NCBI GenBank assembly: GCA_045615605.1 | Contig: JAZLFE010000047.1 | Span: forward strand, 1-33,773 | DNA: 33,773 nt | Origin: Bacilli bacterium | GTDB lineage: Bacteria > Bacillota_I > Bacilli_A > RFN20 > CAG-826 | Direction: 5' to 3' | Shown: one piece after another, positions 9,120 to 18,933 of the stretch | Layout: the number at the start of each line of letters is the position of its first letter | How positions within the stretch are numbered: the first letter of the stretch is position 1 | The notes under the pieces: model-generated | What the model saw: only the letters and a program-made list of their open reading frames with translations | What the model was told of the DNA's origin: nothing | Database searches by the model: none | Made by a program: the position numbers and the translations under genes

Positions 9120-10382
9120 ATGTACTACCATAGAACAATCGAAAATACTATTAATAAAGCTATACAGCAATTTCCTTGTATTACTCTTTATGGAGCAAGA
9201 CAAGTAGGAAAATCAACTTTAATAAGAAACATCTTTGGGAATAAGATTAATTATATTAGTCTTGATGATTCAGAATTAAAACAACAAGCAGAAAATGATC
9301 CTAAATTATTTCTTGATGACCATGAATGGCCAATAATAATAGATGAAATACAAAAAGCCCCATCTCTATTAAACGAAATTAAAATTCGCATTGATAATAT
9401 TACATACGAATGCTTAAAAAAAGATGAGAAAGTACCATTTATGTATGTGCTGTCTGGTTCTAATCAACTAGATTTAAGAAGTAAAGTTGATGAATCACTT
9501 GCGGGAAGAACAGCGATTCTTAAATTATGGAGTCTATCTAATAACGAAATAATGAAAATAAAAGGTTCGCTCTTTAATCCTGAAATCGACATAATCAAAG
9601 AAAAATATAAAAAGCTTAATATAGAGCAAATTTATAAAACAAGAAAACAAATATTTAATGATATTTTTCGAGGTGGAATGCCTAATTATGTAATTAATAA
9701 ATTAGATCGTGAAATATATTTTTCTTCTTATATTAGTACTTATATAGAAAAAGATATTATAAAAAATATTGGATTAAATAAAGAAAATGACTTCCGCAGA
9801 TTCTTAAATTATATGGCTTTAAGGACTGCTCAACAAATTAATTATGATGATATTTCAAGAAGTATTGGGATAGATGCTAGAACGGTTAAGTCTTGGATCT
9901 CGTTACTAATTACTACTGGTATTGCTTTTACACTTGAACCGTACGCGAGAAATTTATCAGATCGAGTAGTTAAAAATGCTAAATTCTACTTCGCTGACAC
10001 TGGATTGTGTTCATATTTATGTAAATGGCAAGATGCCGAAATGCTTGAAAACGGCATAATGAATGGAGCTTTTTTTGAAACATATTGCATTAGTGAAATA
10101 ATAAAAAGTTTTATTAACAATAATGTTGATTATATTGGTAAAGTTTTCTATTATCGCGATCGAGATAAGAAAGAAGTGGACTTAATTATCGAATATGCTG
10201 ATTGTATTGTTCCAATAGAAATTAAAAAAGGAGTCGATTCAATAAAACCCAATTTTAATTTTAATTTTCTTAATAAATACGGCAAAAAGATATTAAACGG
10301 ATTAGTGATAAATTCAAGAAAAGACATTGTTTCGGTTGATAAAAATGTATATCAAATTCCTTTGTTTATGATAGGAATATAG
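9120..10382 (+). CDS. AAA_14 ATPase with C-terminal DUF4143 (PD-(D/E)XK-like)
   Basis: Walker A GARQVGKS, Walker B IIIDEIQK, SGS, ESLAGR, KFYFADTGL, G.FFE, YYRD..KKEVDLI and PIEIK. Start moved to ATG 9120, which follows the AGGAGA RBS. Confidence 0.92.
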   Translation: MYYHRTIENTINKAIQQFPCITLYGARQVGKSTLIRNIFGNKINYISLDDSELKQQAENDPKLFLDDHEWPIIIDEIQKAPSLLNEIKIRIDNITYECLKKDEKVPFMYVLSGSNQLDLRSKVDESLAGRTAILKLWSLSNNEIMKIKGSLFNPEIDIIKEKYKKLNIEQIYKTRKQIFNDIFRGGMPNYVINKLDREIYFSSYISTYIEKDIIKNIGLNKENDFRRFLNYMALRTAQQINYDDISRSIGIDARTVKSWISLLITTGIAFTLEPYARNLSDRVVKNAKFYFADTGLCSYLCKWQDAEMLENGIMNGAFFETYCISEIIKSFINNNVDYIGKVFYYRDRDKKEVDLIIEYADCIVPIEIKKGVDSIKPNFNFNFLNKYGKKILNGLVINSRKDIVSVDKNVYQIPLFMIGI

Positions 10383-10474
10383 TTAATTAAAAAGTATTTG
10401 CTAAAACAGCAAAATTCTATAATTGTATAATGCAGTAGATTAAACTAAATCAATTATAAAAAATTTATCAAATT

Positions 10475-11554
10475 TTAATCAATTAAGTATTGGTTCCAAG
10501 GTGATAAAAAAGATAACGATTGCGTTGCACAAAATAAGAGACGCCCATTGAATTGTGTCTCTTTAACTAAACTAGGACTTGGATGACTATATCTGTTCCC
10601 AATTCCATATGATATAAATAAATTAATTGCAGAATCTTTTAAATCTTTCATTTTCTCCCAATTTCCAAATGATCCATGATGTGGTATTTGAAGATATTTT
10701 ATGGAATTATTTCCTAAATATTTTTTACACAAATCTATCATGTAATCATCGAATTCAGCATCGCCTGTTAGCATCGTAACTTCTCCTAAATTATTAGAGG
10801 GGTGATGTATAACAACTGTGCTTGAGGTATTTAATTTTTTTGACCCTATATATGTCTCATAAATAGATTTTATTTCATTTAATCCGTTTTTATTTAAGGA
10901 TAAATATTTTTTAACATCTTCTAAATCTTTTCCTCCGACTTTTGATGCGATATCATTTTTAATTCTATTGATTGTTTCTTCTTTAATACTTTTATTTATT
11001 AAATAAAATTTCCATTCATGATTGATTATAATTTTAAAATGATAATCATATGCATAATTCGAGTAATTTTCTAGTTTTTTCCATTCATTATGATAATCTT
11101 TATTTCTTTTGTATTCTTGAGAAGAGTATTTTTTTATTAAAGTGTTAAAGTACCTTAAATGACTATCAAAATTATTAGAATTAGCATCTTTTAATGATAA
11201 AAAATAAGATATGAATTCTATATAACAATCATCACTCATATAAGGCAAAATAATGTTTTCAATATTTGCGTAATTATTCAGTATTTCTATTCCGTTAAAA
11301 TGATCATCGTGTAAGTGAGAAATAAATACTAAATCAATTGTCTCTCCTTTAAAAAAATCGTTTTTAATTGCATTTTCTAGATATGTTTCGTGACCGGCAG
11401 ATGTCGAGCCACAATCAAATACAAACCTAAATTGACTTTTGTTCATAATATTACCTTGAGGCGTAATATTATAACAATATGATGAATAATTAACATTGAT
11501 TCTGCCACTATAAAACAGCCCCTGGCCTACATTTAAGAATCTAAATAAATTCAT
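10475..11554 (-). CDS. MBL-fold metallo-hydrolase (ComEC/Rec2-like hydrolase domain, stand-alone)
   Basis: NVGQG, FDCGS, ISHLHDDHFNG (HxHxDH), LTGDA, QIPHHGS and YSHP motifs. Confidence 0.88.
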   Translation of the reverse strand: MNLFRFLNVGQGLFYSGRINVNYSSYCYNITPQGNIMNKSQFRFVFDCGSTSAGHETYLENAIKNDFFKGETIDLVFISHLHDDHFNGIEILNNYANIENIILPYMSDDCYIEFISYFLSLKDANSNNFDSHLRYFNTLIKKYSSQEYKRNKDYHNEWKKLENYSNYAYDYHFKIIINHEWKFYLINKSIKEETINRIKNDIASKVGGKDLEDVKKYLSLNKNGLNEIKSIYETYIGSKKLNTSSTVVIHHPSNNLGEVTMLTGDAEFDDYMIDLCKKYLGNNSIKYLQIPHHGSFGNWEKMKDLKDSAINLFISYGIGNRYSHPSPSLVKETQFNGRLLFCATQSLSFLSPWNQYLID

Positions 11555-11752
11555 AAGTACCTCTCTCTATAAACATTAATATATATTAGTATTTTCGAAG
11601 TGCAACTACAAAATTTAATAATCATAATAATCTTATATTTTATTATCATATTTTCTAGTTTTTCTTTAATTTCCTAAAAAACATAATGTACTATTACACT
11701 TAACTATTTTAGACTTAATTAAAATAGCATTTCTTATAGTGCGTTAATAAAC

Positions 11753-14700
11753 TTACAAAGCAATCATTCTTGATTTAAAGTCATCAGTGTATGCTAGTGA
11801 ATTTTTAAAATTATTGTAATATTCTGATGGGACGTAAATTTCAGTATTATCTCCATAGCAGCACACGTCGCCTGCCGATGTATAATCGATAGAACCTCTT
11901 GTATTAAGGAATAATTTTTTTAAATTCGGCAAAGGCGAAGTGAAAAACGCTTTATTATTAAAAGTTGTACTTAATCCGTTAACTGTTAATTCCTCTATTT
12001 TATCGCAACCAGAGGCTAATAACGCTCCTGTTCCTGTAACTTTTGTACCACAATTAATAATTGCTTTTTTTAAACATGGACAATCCGAAATTAATCCCGA
12101 TCCAGGTACTTGGGCTTGAGTAAATAAGTTTAGATTAAGTGTTTCAAGTTGATGCAAACCAAGTAAAGTATCTGCCATGGATATCTTAAACGCGCTCTTT
12201 AAAGTGTTTAACTTTTTAATATTTTTTGAAGTAAACGAAAATTGTCTAGTACTTGTAAATGTAGAGTCATTAGGAATTTCTTCTGTTAATGCGGTAGCCG
12301 AAAGAATATATGTACTAGAAGCGGTAGCATACAAACAATTTGTTTTTGTGTCAAAGGCAAAATCTGAACTGTTACTTGTAAATTTTTCTACAGAAGATAA
12401 AAATTTAAATGACCCGTTAGCAATACTTGTAACGGCGGATGGTATAATTACCTCTTTAATATCACCAACAAAAGAATTCACAAGAAATTTAGTAGCGTTT
12501 TGTGGAATATTATTTGAGGCGGTTAACACAACTTCATTATTGGAATTCGTGACGCAAGAATTAGCTAAAGTAAAACCGCTCTTCACAGTTCCACTTATCT
12601 TATTTAATTTATCACAATGATAAAAGATATATGCAGCAGTAGTTACATTTAATTTACTAAGATCAACGTTAGGAGCAAGTTCAATTTCTTCTAAACTAGA
12701 ACAATCATAAAAAGTATAACTTTTAATTTCAGTTAATGCATTAGGGCATTTAAATTTAACTAACGAGGAGCAATATGCAAAACCATATAACCCGATTGTA
12801 GATATAGAATCTGGTAAAACAATGTCTTGTAAACTAGAACAATTTTGGAATGCATAATTCCCAATTGATGTTATGGTTGAGTTACTAGAGTTCTTAAAAA
12901 CTACTTTCTTTAAATTTTTACAATTTTGGAAACAAGAAACCGGAATTTCAGTGATAGAGTTAGCCGGTATTGATACTTCCTCAATAACGTTGTTATTTGC
13001 AAAACAAGATTCATTTAAATAGGTAACAGAATCTGGGATATCCACGATTTTAGGAGAGGAGGAAAAAGATCCAGCCGTGATGCCAAGTAACGGGTGAGAA
13101 GAACTGATTTTAGTAAGATCAGTATTTTTAGAAGCCAATAATAAAGTGCTAGAAGATGTTTCAATTAAAGCATTACAATTATCTCTAGAATCATATTTTG
13201 TATTATTAACTACACTTATATTTTCTACGTTATTGCAATTTTTAAATGCATTTTCTCCAATAGAAGATAAAGAAGAGCCAAAAGACAATTCTTTAATATT
13301 TGTATTAGAAAACGCAGCCTTTCCAATACTAATAATATTGCCAAAATTTATATTAGTTAATTTAGAACATCCGTTAAATGCATTATCTCCGAATGAAATG
13401 CATGTGTCAGGCAACTCTATGTTACTAAGATTTTCGCATCCTTTAAATCCTTGAACAGGTATATTAGTTATCGAAGTGCTATTAAATGAAATAGTTTCTA
13501 AGTTTTTACAGCTTTCAAAGCAAGATGAACCAATGCTAGTTAAGGTCGAAGGTATCTCTATGGAGGCAAGATTTTCGCAATTTAGAAAAGCACTGGCTCC
13601 AATTGAAGTAACGTTGTCGATATTAACACTTTTTAACTTTTTATCATTATTAAAAACATAGCTGTTTAATATTTTAACTGTTTTTGGCAAATAAATTTTT
13701 TCTAATGATGTATTGGCTCTAAAGCAGCTTTCAAAAACCACATCATTCGGACTAATATGAGCCACTTTAGAAAAGTCCATTGTTTTACAATTAGTTAAAA
13801 ATCCCATCCCATAATATTTCTCAGTAGTATCTTCAAAAAGTGATTTTACATACTCTGTACAAGAAATGCTTGTAATATATTTATCACTTTTCAAAGCTTG
13901 AGAATAATTGTAATAAGTATTAAAACCAGTTATATTTGTTCCGTAGACTTTAACGGTATAATCTCCTTCACTAGTGTAGGTATGAGTTAGTTCGGTTCCA
14001 GATGATCCATCTCCATAATCAATAGAAGAAACGCCATTAGCATTAATCCCTAAGGATAAATTGGCATTTGGTAATGATGCTAAAATAGTTATCGCTGGTG
14101 TTTGAGCGAAATATGAGTCAGAAATACCAGATGCTTTTAAATTATTTTTTAATGCTGTTGCAAGTGTACTATCAGTAGGAAAAACAAATGGTTTGCTTGG
14201 AATAGAAAGATCAAATGAATCACTAGCAATTATAATGTTACTATCGGTTAAATTAGAAAAATCAATCGTATTAAAAACGTTTCCGACAAAAGCCTTACTA
14301 CCTAATTCGATATCATTATTAAATTTAACCATTTTTAAACTTTCGTTGTTGATGAAAGCATATGGTTCAATTTTTGTGACATTGCCTGGTAATTCTAAAG
14401 AATTAATGGTCGTATTAATAAAAGAATATTGTTTAATAGTTTTAACATCTTCAGAAATTATTGATTTAGAACAGCCTAATAATAAGTCTCCTGTATCCTT
14501 ATTCAATAAAATATTATTGTTATTATTTCCAGAAGTAAAAATCTTATTTTTAGTATCTACAATAATTGAATTTAAAGTCAAAGATTGATCGTTCGAAGAA
14601 AAAATCAAACCGTTAATATTTTTAACATTAGGTCCGACTTTTAAATTTCTTAAATTAGTTAATCCACCTAATGCGCAATTAGGAATGGTATCAACACTGC

Positions 14701-15340
14701 CTTTTAAGGCAATGGCCTTAATATACTTATTACCGTTAGCAATTAAACCATTTGTATCTTCATTATAAAAAGATATAGAACTTATATTCCCATAAACTTT
14801 TACAGTGTGTATATCACTGCTTAAAGTAAATGAATGACTTGATTTTAATTCATCAGTTGTCGAATTATCGCCCCAATCTATTTTAGAAAGCGTTCCATTA
14901 AAATTAAATCCTACTGTTTCATCAGACGTGTTGTTATAGTAGTCAAAACTAATAGTCTCGTTTTCGTCAATATCGGATTTAACAATTATGTTAGTATTTC
15001 CTTTAATTGTAAAAGCTAAATTATTATCAGCATAACTGTAATCGCTACTTTGTGAACCTCCAACAGTAAAATTAAGAATTTTAGGATCGTCAAATGAATC
15101 ATCATTCTTTTTAAAATTACAATTAACCTCATTATTAGCTTGAAACATTTTAGAAAATTTCTTTACATAATTATCTTTACCACTTTCTGATACAGAGCAA
15201 TTTTCGCAGTAAATGTTTAATCTATACATACCGTTATCTACATTCATTATGTTTAGATTTTTAGTATCTGTTTTTATTAAAAAACTAGGAAGGATAATAG
15301 CTGTTCCAATACCTAAAAATACAAAATATTTTTTGTTCAT
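11753..15340 (-). CDS. BspA-type (LRR_5) leucine-rich repeat surface protein, variant A
   Basis: Same architecture as 3304..7143 (hydrophobic N-terminus, IYCENC vs IYCDNC, IDWGD and IDYGD modules, LRR_5 repeats). Starts 3 nt after the upstream stop, GGAGG RBS. Confidence 0.92.
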   Translation of the reverse strand: MNKKYFVFLGIGTAIILPSFLIKTDTKNLNIMNVDNGMYRLNIYCENCSVSESGKDNYVKKFSKMFQANNEVNCNFKKNDDSFDDPKILNFTVGGSQSSDYSYADNNLAFTIKGNTNIIVKSDIDENETISFDYYNNTSDETVGFNFNGTLSKIDWGDNSTTDELKSSHSFTLSSDIHTVKVYGNISSISFYNEDTNGLIANGNKYIKAIALKGSVDTIPNCALGGLTNLRNLKVGPNVKNINGLIFSSNDQSLTLNSIIVDTKNKIFTSGNNNNNILLNKDTGDLLLGCSKSIISEDVKTIKQYSFINTTINSLELPGNVTKIEPYAFINNESLKMVKFNNDIELGSKAFVGNVFNTIDFSNLTDSNIIIASDSFDLSIPSKPFVFPTDSTLATALKNNLKASGISDSYFAQTPAITILASLPNANLSLGINANGVSSIDYGDGSSGTELTHTYTSEGDYTVKVYGTNITGFNTYYNYSQALKSDKYITSISCTEYVKSLFEDTTEKYYGMGFLTNCKTMDFSKVAHISPNDVVFESCFRANTSLEKIYLPKTVKILNSYVFNNDKKLKSVNIDNVTSIGASAFLNCENLASIEIPSTLTSIGSSCFESCKNLETISFNSTSITNIPVQGFKGCENLSNIELPDTCISFGDNAFNGCSKLTNINFGNIISIGKAAFSNTNIKELSFGSSLSSIGENAFKNCNNVENISVVNNTKYDSRDNCNALIETSSSTLLLASKNTDLTKISSSHPLLGITAGSFSSSPKIVDIPDSVTYLNESCFANNNVIEEVSIPANSITEIPVSCFQNCKNLKKVVFKNSSNSTITSIGNYAFQNCSSLQDIVLPDSISTIGLYGFAYCSSLVKFKCPNALTEIKSYTFYDCSSLEEIELAPNVDLSKLNVTTAAYIFYHCDKLNKISGTVKSGFTLANSCVTNSNNEVVLTASNNIPQNATKFLVNSFVGDIKEVIIPSAVTSIANGSFKFLSSVEKFTSNSSDFAFDTKTNCLYATASSTYILSATALTEEIPNDSTFTSTRQFSFTSKNIKKLNTLKSAFKISMADTLLGLHQLETLNLNLFTQAQVPGSGLISDCPCLKKAIINCGTKVTGTGALLASGCDKIEELTVNGLSTTFNNKAFFTSPLPNLKKLFLNTRGSIDYTSAGDVCCYGDNTEIYVPSEYYNNFKNSLAYTDDFKSRMIAL

Positions 15341-15343
15341 AAA

Positions 15344-18300
15344 TTATGCCTCCACAGAAATGGTAGTAGCCCATCTAAACGCTTCTGCTTTAGTATCAAT
15401 AGTAAATCTACCATCGTTATATTGATATCCTGAAGAGACAACAGTACCATCAACTTTAACAGTAATAGTAGATGGGAAAGAGGATCCATCTAATTGGTAA
15501 GATATAACATTACCGTATCGTGCAGTAACACCAAATGTATTCTTTCCGTCAATTGTGAAATTTGTACTAGAGAAGCTGAAGTCGATATTGTTATTAATAT
15601 CATACATTGCGTAATAATCAGCATCAGCATGTATATCTTCTGTAATTACACTAGGAGTCCACCCAACAAAATAATGACGGTAATTTGCATCATCGATATA
15701 GTTATTTGGATCATTTGGCATTTCAAAACTTGAACCTTCGCTAACTTTTATTTGTTCACCGTATTGTCCAAAATCGTCATAGAAAGTAATAGTAAATTTA
15801 GTTGCATCTTCAAATCTCGCATATAAAGTAATATTAGTTGTAATTTCAGTTGCAAAATCGAATTTAGTTCCTGCTTCAGCATCTGTATACCATCCCGCAA
15901 ATTTCTTACCTTCATCAGCTGTTGGACCTGCTATCTCAATAGCGCATTCACCATTTTCAACAGTTTCGGTGTAATATGTATCCTCTCCGTTTTTAAATGT
16001 AACTGTTTTAGTAGTAATTTCTTCAAATTTAGCATATATCGTAGTATCTGCAGTTATTGGAGTTGTAAAATCAAAAGGGTCGTATTGATCTGACGCATTT
16101 TTTATATACCATCCATCAAAAGTATATCCAGCTTTAGTAGGATTCTTAGGTTCATAAGCTGTCGAACCATGTTTAATAGATTGCGTACCATAACTTGTCT
16201 CTTGATCATCCATATCTACAAAACTTACAGTATGGAACACATCTCCACCTTTTTTGAATAGAGCGGTATAAACTTCTGAATACCCGCCTTCTGTTTTAGG
16301 AACATTAAATGGTAAAATACCAATAGCTCCATCAGATTGGCGCTGCCATCCAATAAATATCATTGTAGAATCTGAATTAGAAATAGTAGAAAGTTTATCG
16401 TCGGTTGGAGTGGTATTAAAATTGCCAGTAACATCTAAGTTATCAGTAGTTACTATACCAGATTCATCTTTCCATTGTCCCCCCTTTTCTATATTAGGAT
16501 TAAACTGAACCTTATATTGATTAACAGTATAATTTGCTAATAAGGTTGTGGTATCAGTAAATTTCTGACTATCTGAAATGTCTTCACCGTTTAAAGTCCA
16601 TTTACTAAAGGTGTTACCAATTTTAGTTGCAGTAGGGATACTTTCTTTAATACTTGCCCAAGTGCTTCCTTTAGTTACTACTTTAACAGTACCACCACTA
16701 AGGGTTCCGCCATTAGCATCAAATACAATCGCTACTTGTTCGGCATGTTCGTCCCATTGTGCAATATAAGTAGTGTCTTGTTTTGCTGGAGCTAAATCTG
16801 GAGACCAGCCAGTAAAATAATAAGTTTTACTCTCAGCAGTTTTTATTAAAGTATCGCCAGGATTAGGAATTTCGCCATAATTAGTAGTAACCTTTTTAAT
16901 ATCAGAACCGCCGCCAGTAACCCAAGTACCACCATCTGGATCAAAACTAATTTCATACGTTGCTAATCCGCTCCATTTAGCAACTAAGGTTGTATTAGTG
17001 TTAAAAGTATGATCAGCAAATTCAGAACCATCAATTAACCACTTATCAAAAGTATGACCGGTATATTCTGCAGTAGGTATTTGATCAGAGGAAATTTCGC
17101 TCCACTTAGTTCCTTTATTAACAGTAATCATATTACTACCTGTTTTTAAAGTACCACCATTAGCATCAAAGAAAATACTCACTTTATTTTCTACTTCAGA
17201 CCACCGAGCAGTATATGTAGCATCTTCTGTAGCTTTCGCTAAAGGTTTATCCCAACCTGTAAAGGTCCAAATTTTTCCTGCTTCTTTCTTTTCTAATGTT
17301 CCTGGAACTTGAGGCACTTCACCCCATTTAGTTTCAACTGTCTTATCAGCAGTAGTTTGATCGTCGACCCATGTTCCACCACTAGGTTTAAATGTAATGT
17401 TATATTTATTAACATCACCATATAAAGCATATATTACGGTATTATCTTTGAATTTAGTATCATCAGTGATTTCATCAGTTCCAGAAGCAGAATTTGTATA
17501 TCTAGCTGTATCAGGATAACCATCCTTTTTACATGTAGGAAGTTTATTAGCATCTTTTAAACTCTTGTATGTAGTTCCATAATTAACTGTAAGAGAAGAA
17601 GCGCCACCTTCTGCAATAGAACCACCATTAGCATTTATATAAATAGTAACAGTAGTGACATCGCCCCATTTGCCATTTAATATAAAATGCTCTCTATCTC
17701 CTTCTATAGGATCAGCAGGGAATCCATGGTCCTTATCTAAAGGATTATTAAAGTCCCACTTTTGTTCTTGACCTGAAGAATTAGTCCAATACCAAGCATC
17801 AAATGTTTTTCCTTCAGTAGTTGGATCATCAGGTTTAGTTATCTTTTCACCATAGTTAATTGTTTGAGAAGGTACAGTTGCTCCATCGATAGCAAAATCA
17901 ACGGTAGCAGTTTTAATGTTCTTCCATCTACCATAAATGATAGTGTCAGACTTAATTAATGTATTATCAAAATCAAATGATGTACCGCCTTCCTTTGTCG
18001 TATACCAATTATCGAAGTCATAACCATCTCTTGTTGGATCTGGAGTTGGTCTAGAAGCTTTTTTACCAAATTCAACTGTTTGAGCAGCTACATCCGCGCC
18101 TTCAATACTAAAAGTAACATTGTATTTATTAATGTTCCATTTAGCGTATAAATCTAAATTATCATTAATAGGTGTATCAAAGTCAAATTCCTGTCCCTCA
18201 CTACATTCTTTATTTTTATACCATCCATCAAATGTATAGCCTTCTCTAGTAACAGTTATTGGAGAAGTTGGATAACCTACAGTAACAGTTTTAGTTTCTA

Positions 18301-18931
18301 CAACTTCTGGATCACTACCATCGTTATGATGGAATGATACAGTCTTTAAATTAGTTACTTCACTAAATTGTGCAGTATACTCGGTATCTTTATCGATTAC
18401 TAAATCAGGATTAGGTAACCATCCAGTGAATTCGTAATCACCTTCTTTATCACCTTTATATTCAGGAGTTCCATCTGGCACTGTAGGCTTAGTACCTTTT
18501 GTGCAAGTATTTGCCGCATATAAAGACCCATCATTATTAAGCCATTTAACATCAAGTGTATCTTCATCTTCTTTAGAATAAATAGCATAAATAGTAACAT
18601 CCTTACTAAATACAAATTTAGGATCAATCAATTCATCTGGCTTACTAGTAGAATCTAATGAATAACCCTTGAATTCATGATTTGCAAATTCGATATCATC
18701 GCTAGCAGGAAATTTATCTTCATTAAATTCAAAATAAGTATATTTACGAACTTGAATTTCAATTGGTTCTTCAAAAGTGCTAGAGGAGGACAAATCACCA
18801 CCATTTAAATTAACAGTAACTTTAACTTTTTCAATCCCGTTATCATTTGTTAGATAATCAGCAGCGCTTCCAGCACATGCTGTTGTTAGGAATCCAAAAG
18901 AAATTCCTGCAAGTAAAACAATTTTTTTCAT
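15344..18931 (-). CDS. InlB B-repeat (Flg_new, Listeria-Bacteroides repeat) surface protein, possible lipoprotein
   Basis: Signal peptide ending LTTAC (non-canonical lipobox). More than ten repeats of V.F..NGG...P...GYTFDGWY...FDF.TPI..D..LYAKW. Contains the right IR from codon ~950. Confidence 0.92.
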   Translation of the reverse strand: MKKIVLLAGISFGFLTTACAGSAADYLTNDNGIEKVKVTVNLNGGDLSSSSTFEEPIEIQVRKYTYFEFNEDKFPASDDIEFANHEFKGYSLDSTSKPDELIDPKFVFSKDVTIYAIYSKEDEDTLDVKWLNNDGSLYAANTCTKGTKPTVPDGTPEYKGDKEGDYEFTGWLPNPDLVIDKDTEYTAQFSEVTNLKTVSFHHNDGSDPEVVETKTVTVGYPTSPITVTREGYTFDGWYKNKECSEGQEFDFDTPINDNLDLYAKWNINKYNVTFSIEGADVAAQTVEFGKKASRPTPDPTRDGYDFDNWYTTKEGGTSFDFDNTLIKSDTIIYGRWKNIKTATVDFAIDGATVPSQTINYGEKITKPDDPTTEGKTFDAWYWTNSSGQEQKWDFNNPLDKDHGFPADPIEGDREHFILNGKWGDVTTVTIYINANGGSIAEGGASSLTVNYGTTYKSLKDANKLPTCKKDGYPDTARYTNSASGTDEITDDTKFKDNTVIYALYGDVNKYNITFKPSGGTWVDDQTTADKTVETKWGEVPQVPGTLEKKEAGKIWTFTGWDKPLAKATEDATYTARWSEVENKVSIFFDANGGTLKTGSNMITVNKGTKWSEISSDQIPTAEYTGHTFDKWLIDGSEFADHTFNTNTTLVAKWSGLATYEISFDPDGGTWVTGGGSDIKKVTTNYGEIPNPGDTLIKTAESKTYYFTGWSPDLAPAKQDTTYIAQWDEHAEQVAIVFDANGGTLSGGTVKVVTKGSTWASIKESIPTATKIGNTFSKWTLNGEDISDSQKFTDTTTLLANYTVNQYKVQFNPNIEKGGQWKDESGIVTTDNLDVTGNFNTTPTDDKLSTISNSDSTMIFIGWQRQSDGAIGILPFNVPKTEGGYSEVYTALFKKGGDVFHTVSFVDMDDQETSYGTQSIKHGSTAYEPKNPTKAGYTFDGWYIKNASDQYDPFDFTTPITADTTIYAKFEEITTKTVTFKNGEDTYYTETVENGECAIEIAGPTADEGKKFAGWYTDAEAGTKFDFATEITTNITLYARFEDATKFTITFYDDFGQYGEQIKVSEGSSFEMPNDPNNYIDDANYRHYFVGWTPSVITEDIHADADYYAMYDINNNIDFSFSSTNFTIDGKNTFGVTARYGNVISYQLDGSSFPSTITVKVDGTVVSSGYQYNDGRFTIDTKAEAFRWATTISVEA
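16019..16083 (-). repeat. inverted repeat, right copy (65 bp), intragenic
   Basis: Encodes DPFDFTTPITADTTIYAKFEE; 63/65 identical to 2490-2554 in the opposite orientation. Confidence 0.95.
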
Positions 18932-18933
18932 AG

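Larger units (their letters stand above)
2490..16083. other. putative 13.6-kb invertible segment (shufflon-like phase-variation cassette)
   Basis: Bounded by the 65-bp IR pair. Mirror-image arms (C-terminal cassette plus LRR gene), in-frame junction, invertase gene about 1 kb outside the left IR. Confidence 0.78.

Noticed and set aside
11753-18931. Two adjacent genes both exactly 1195 aa
   Set aside because: The sequences are unrelated; coincidence.
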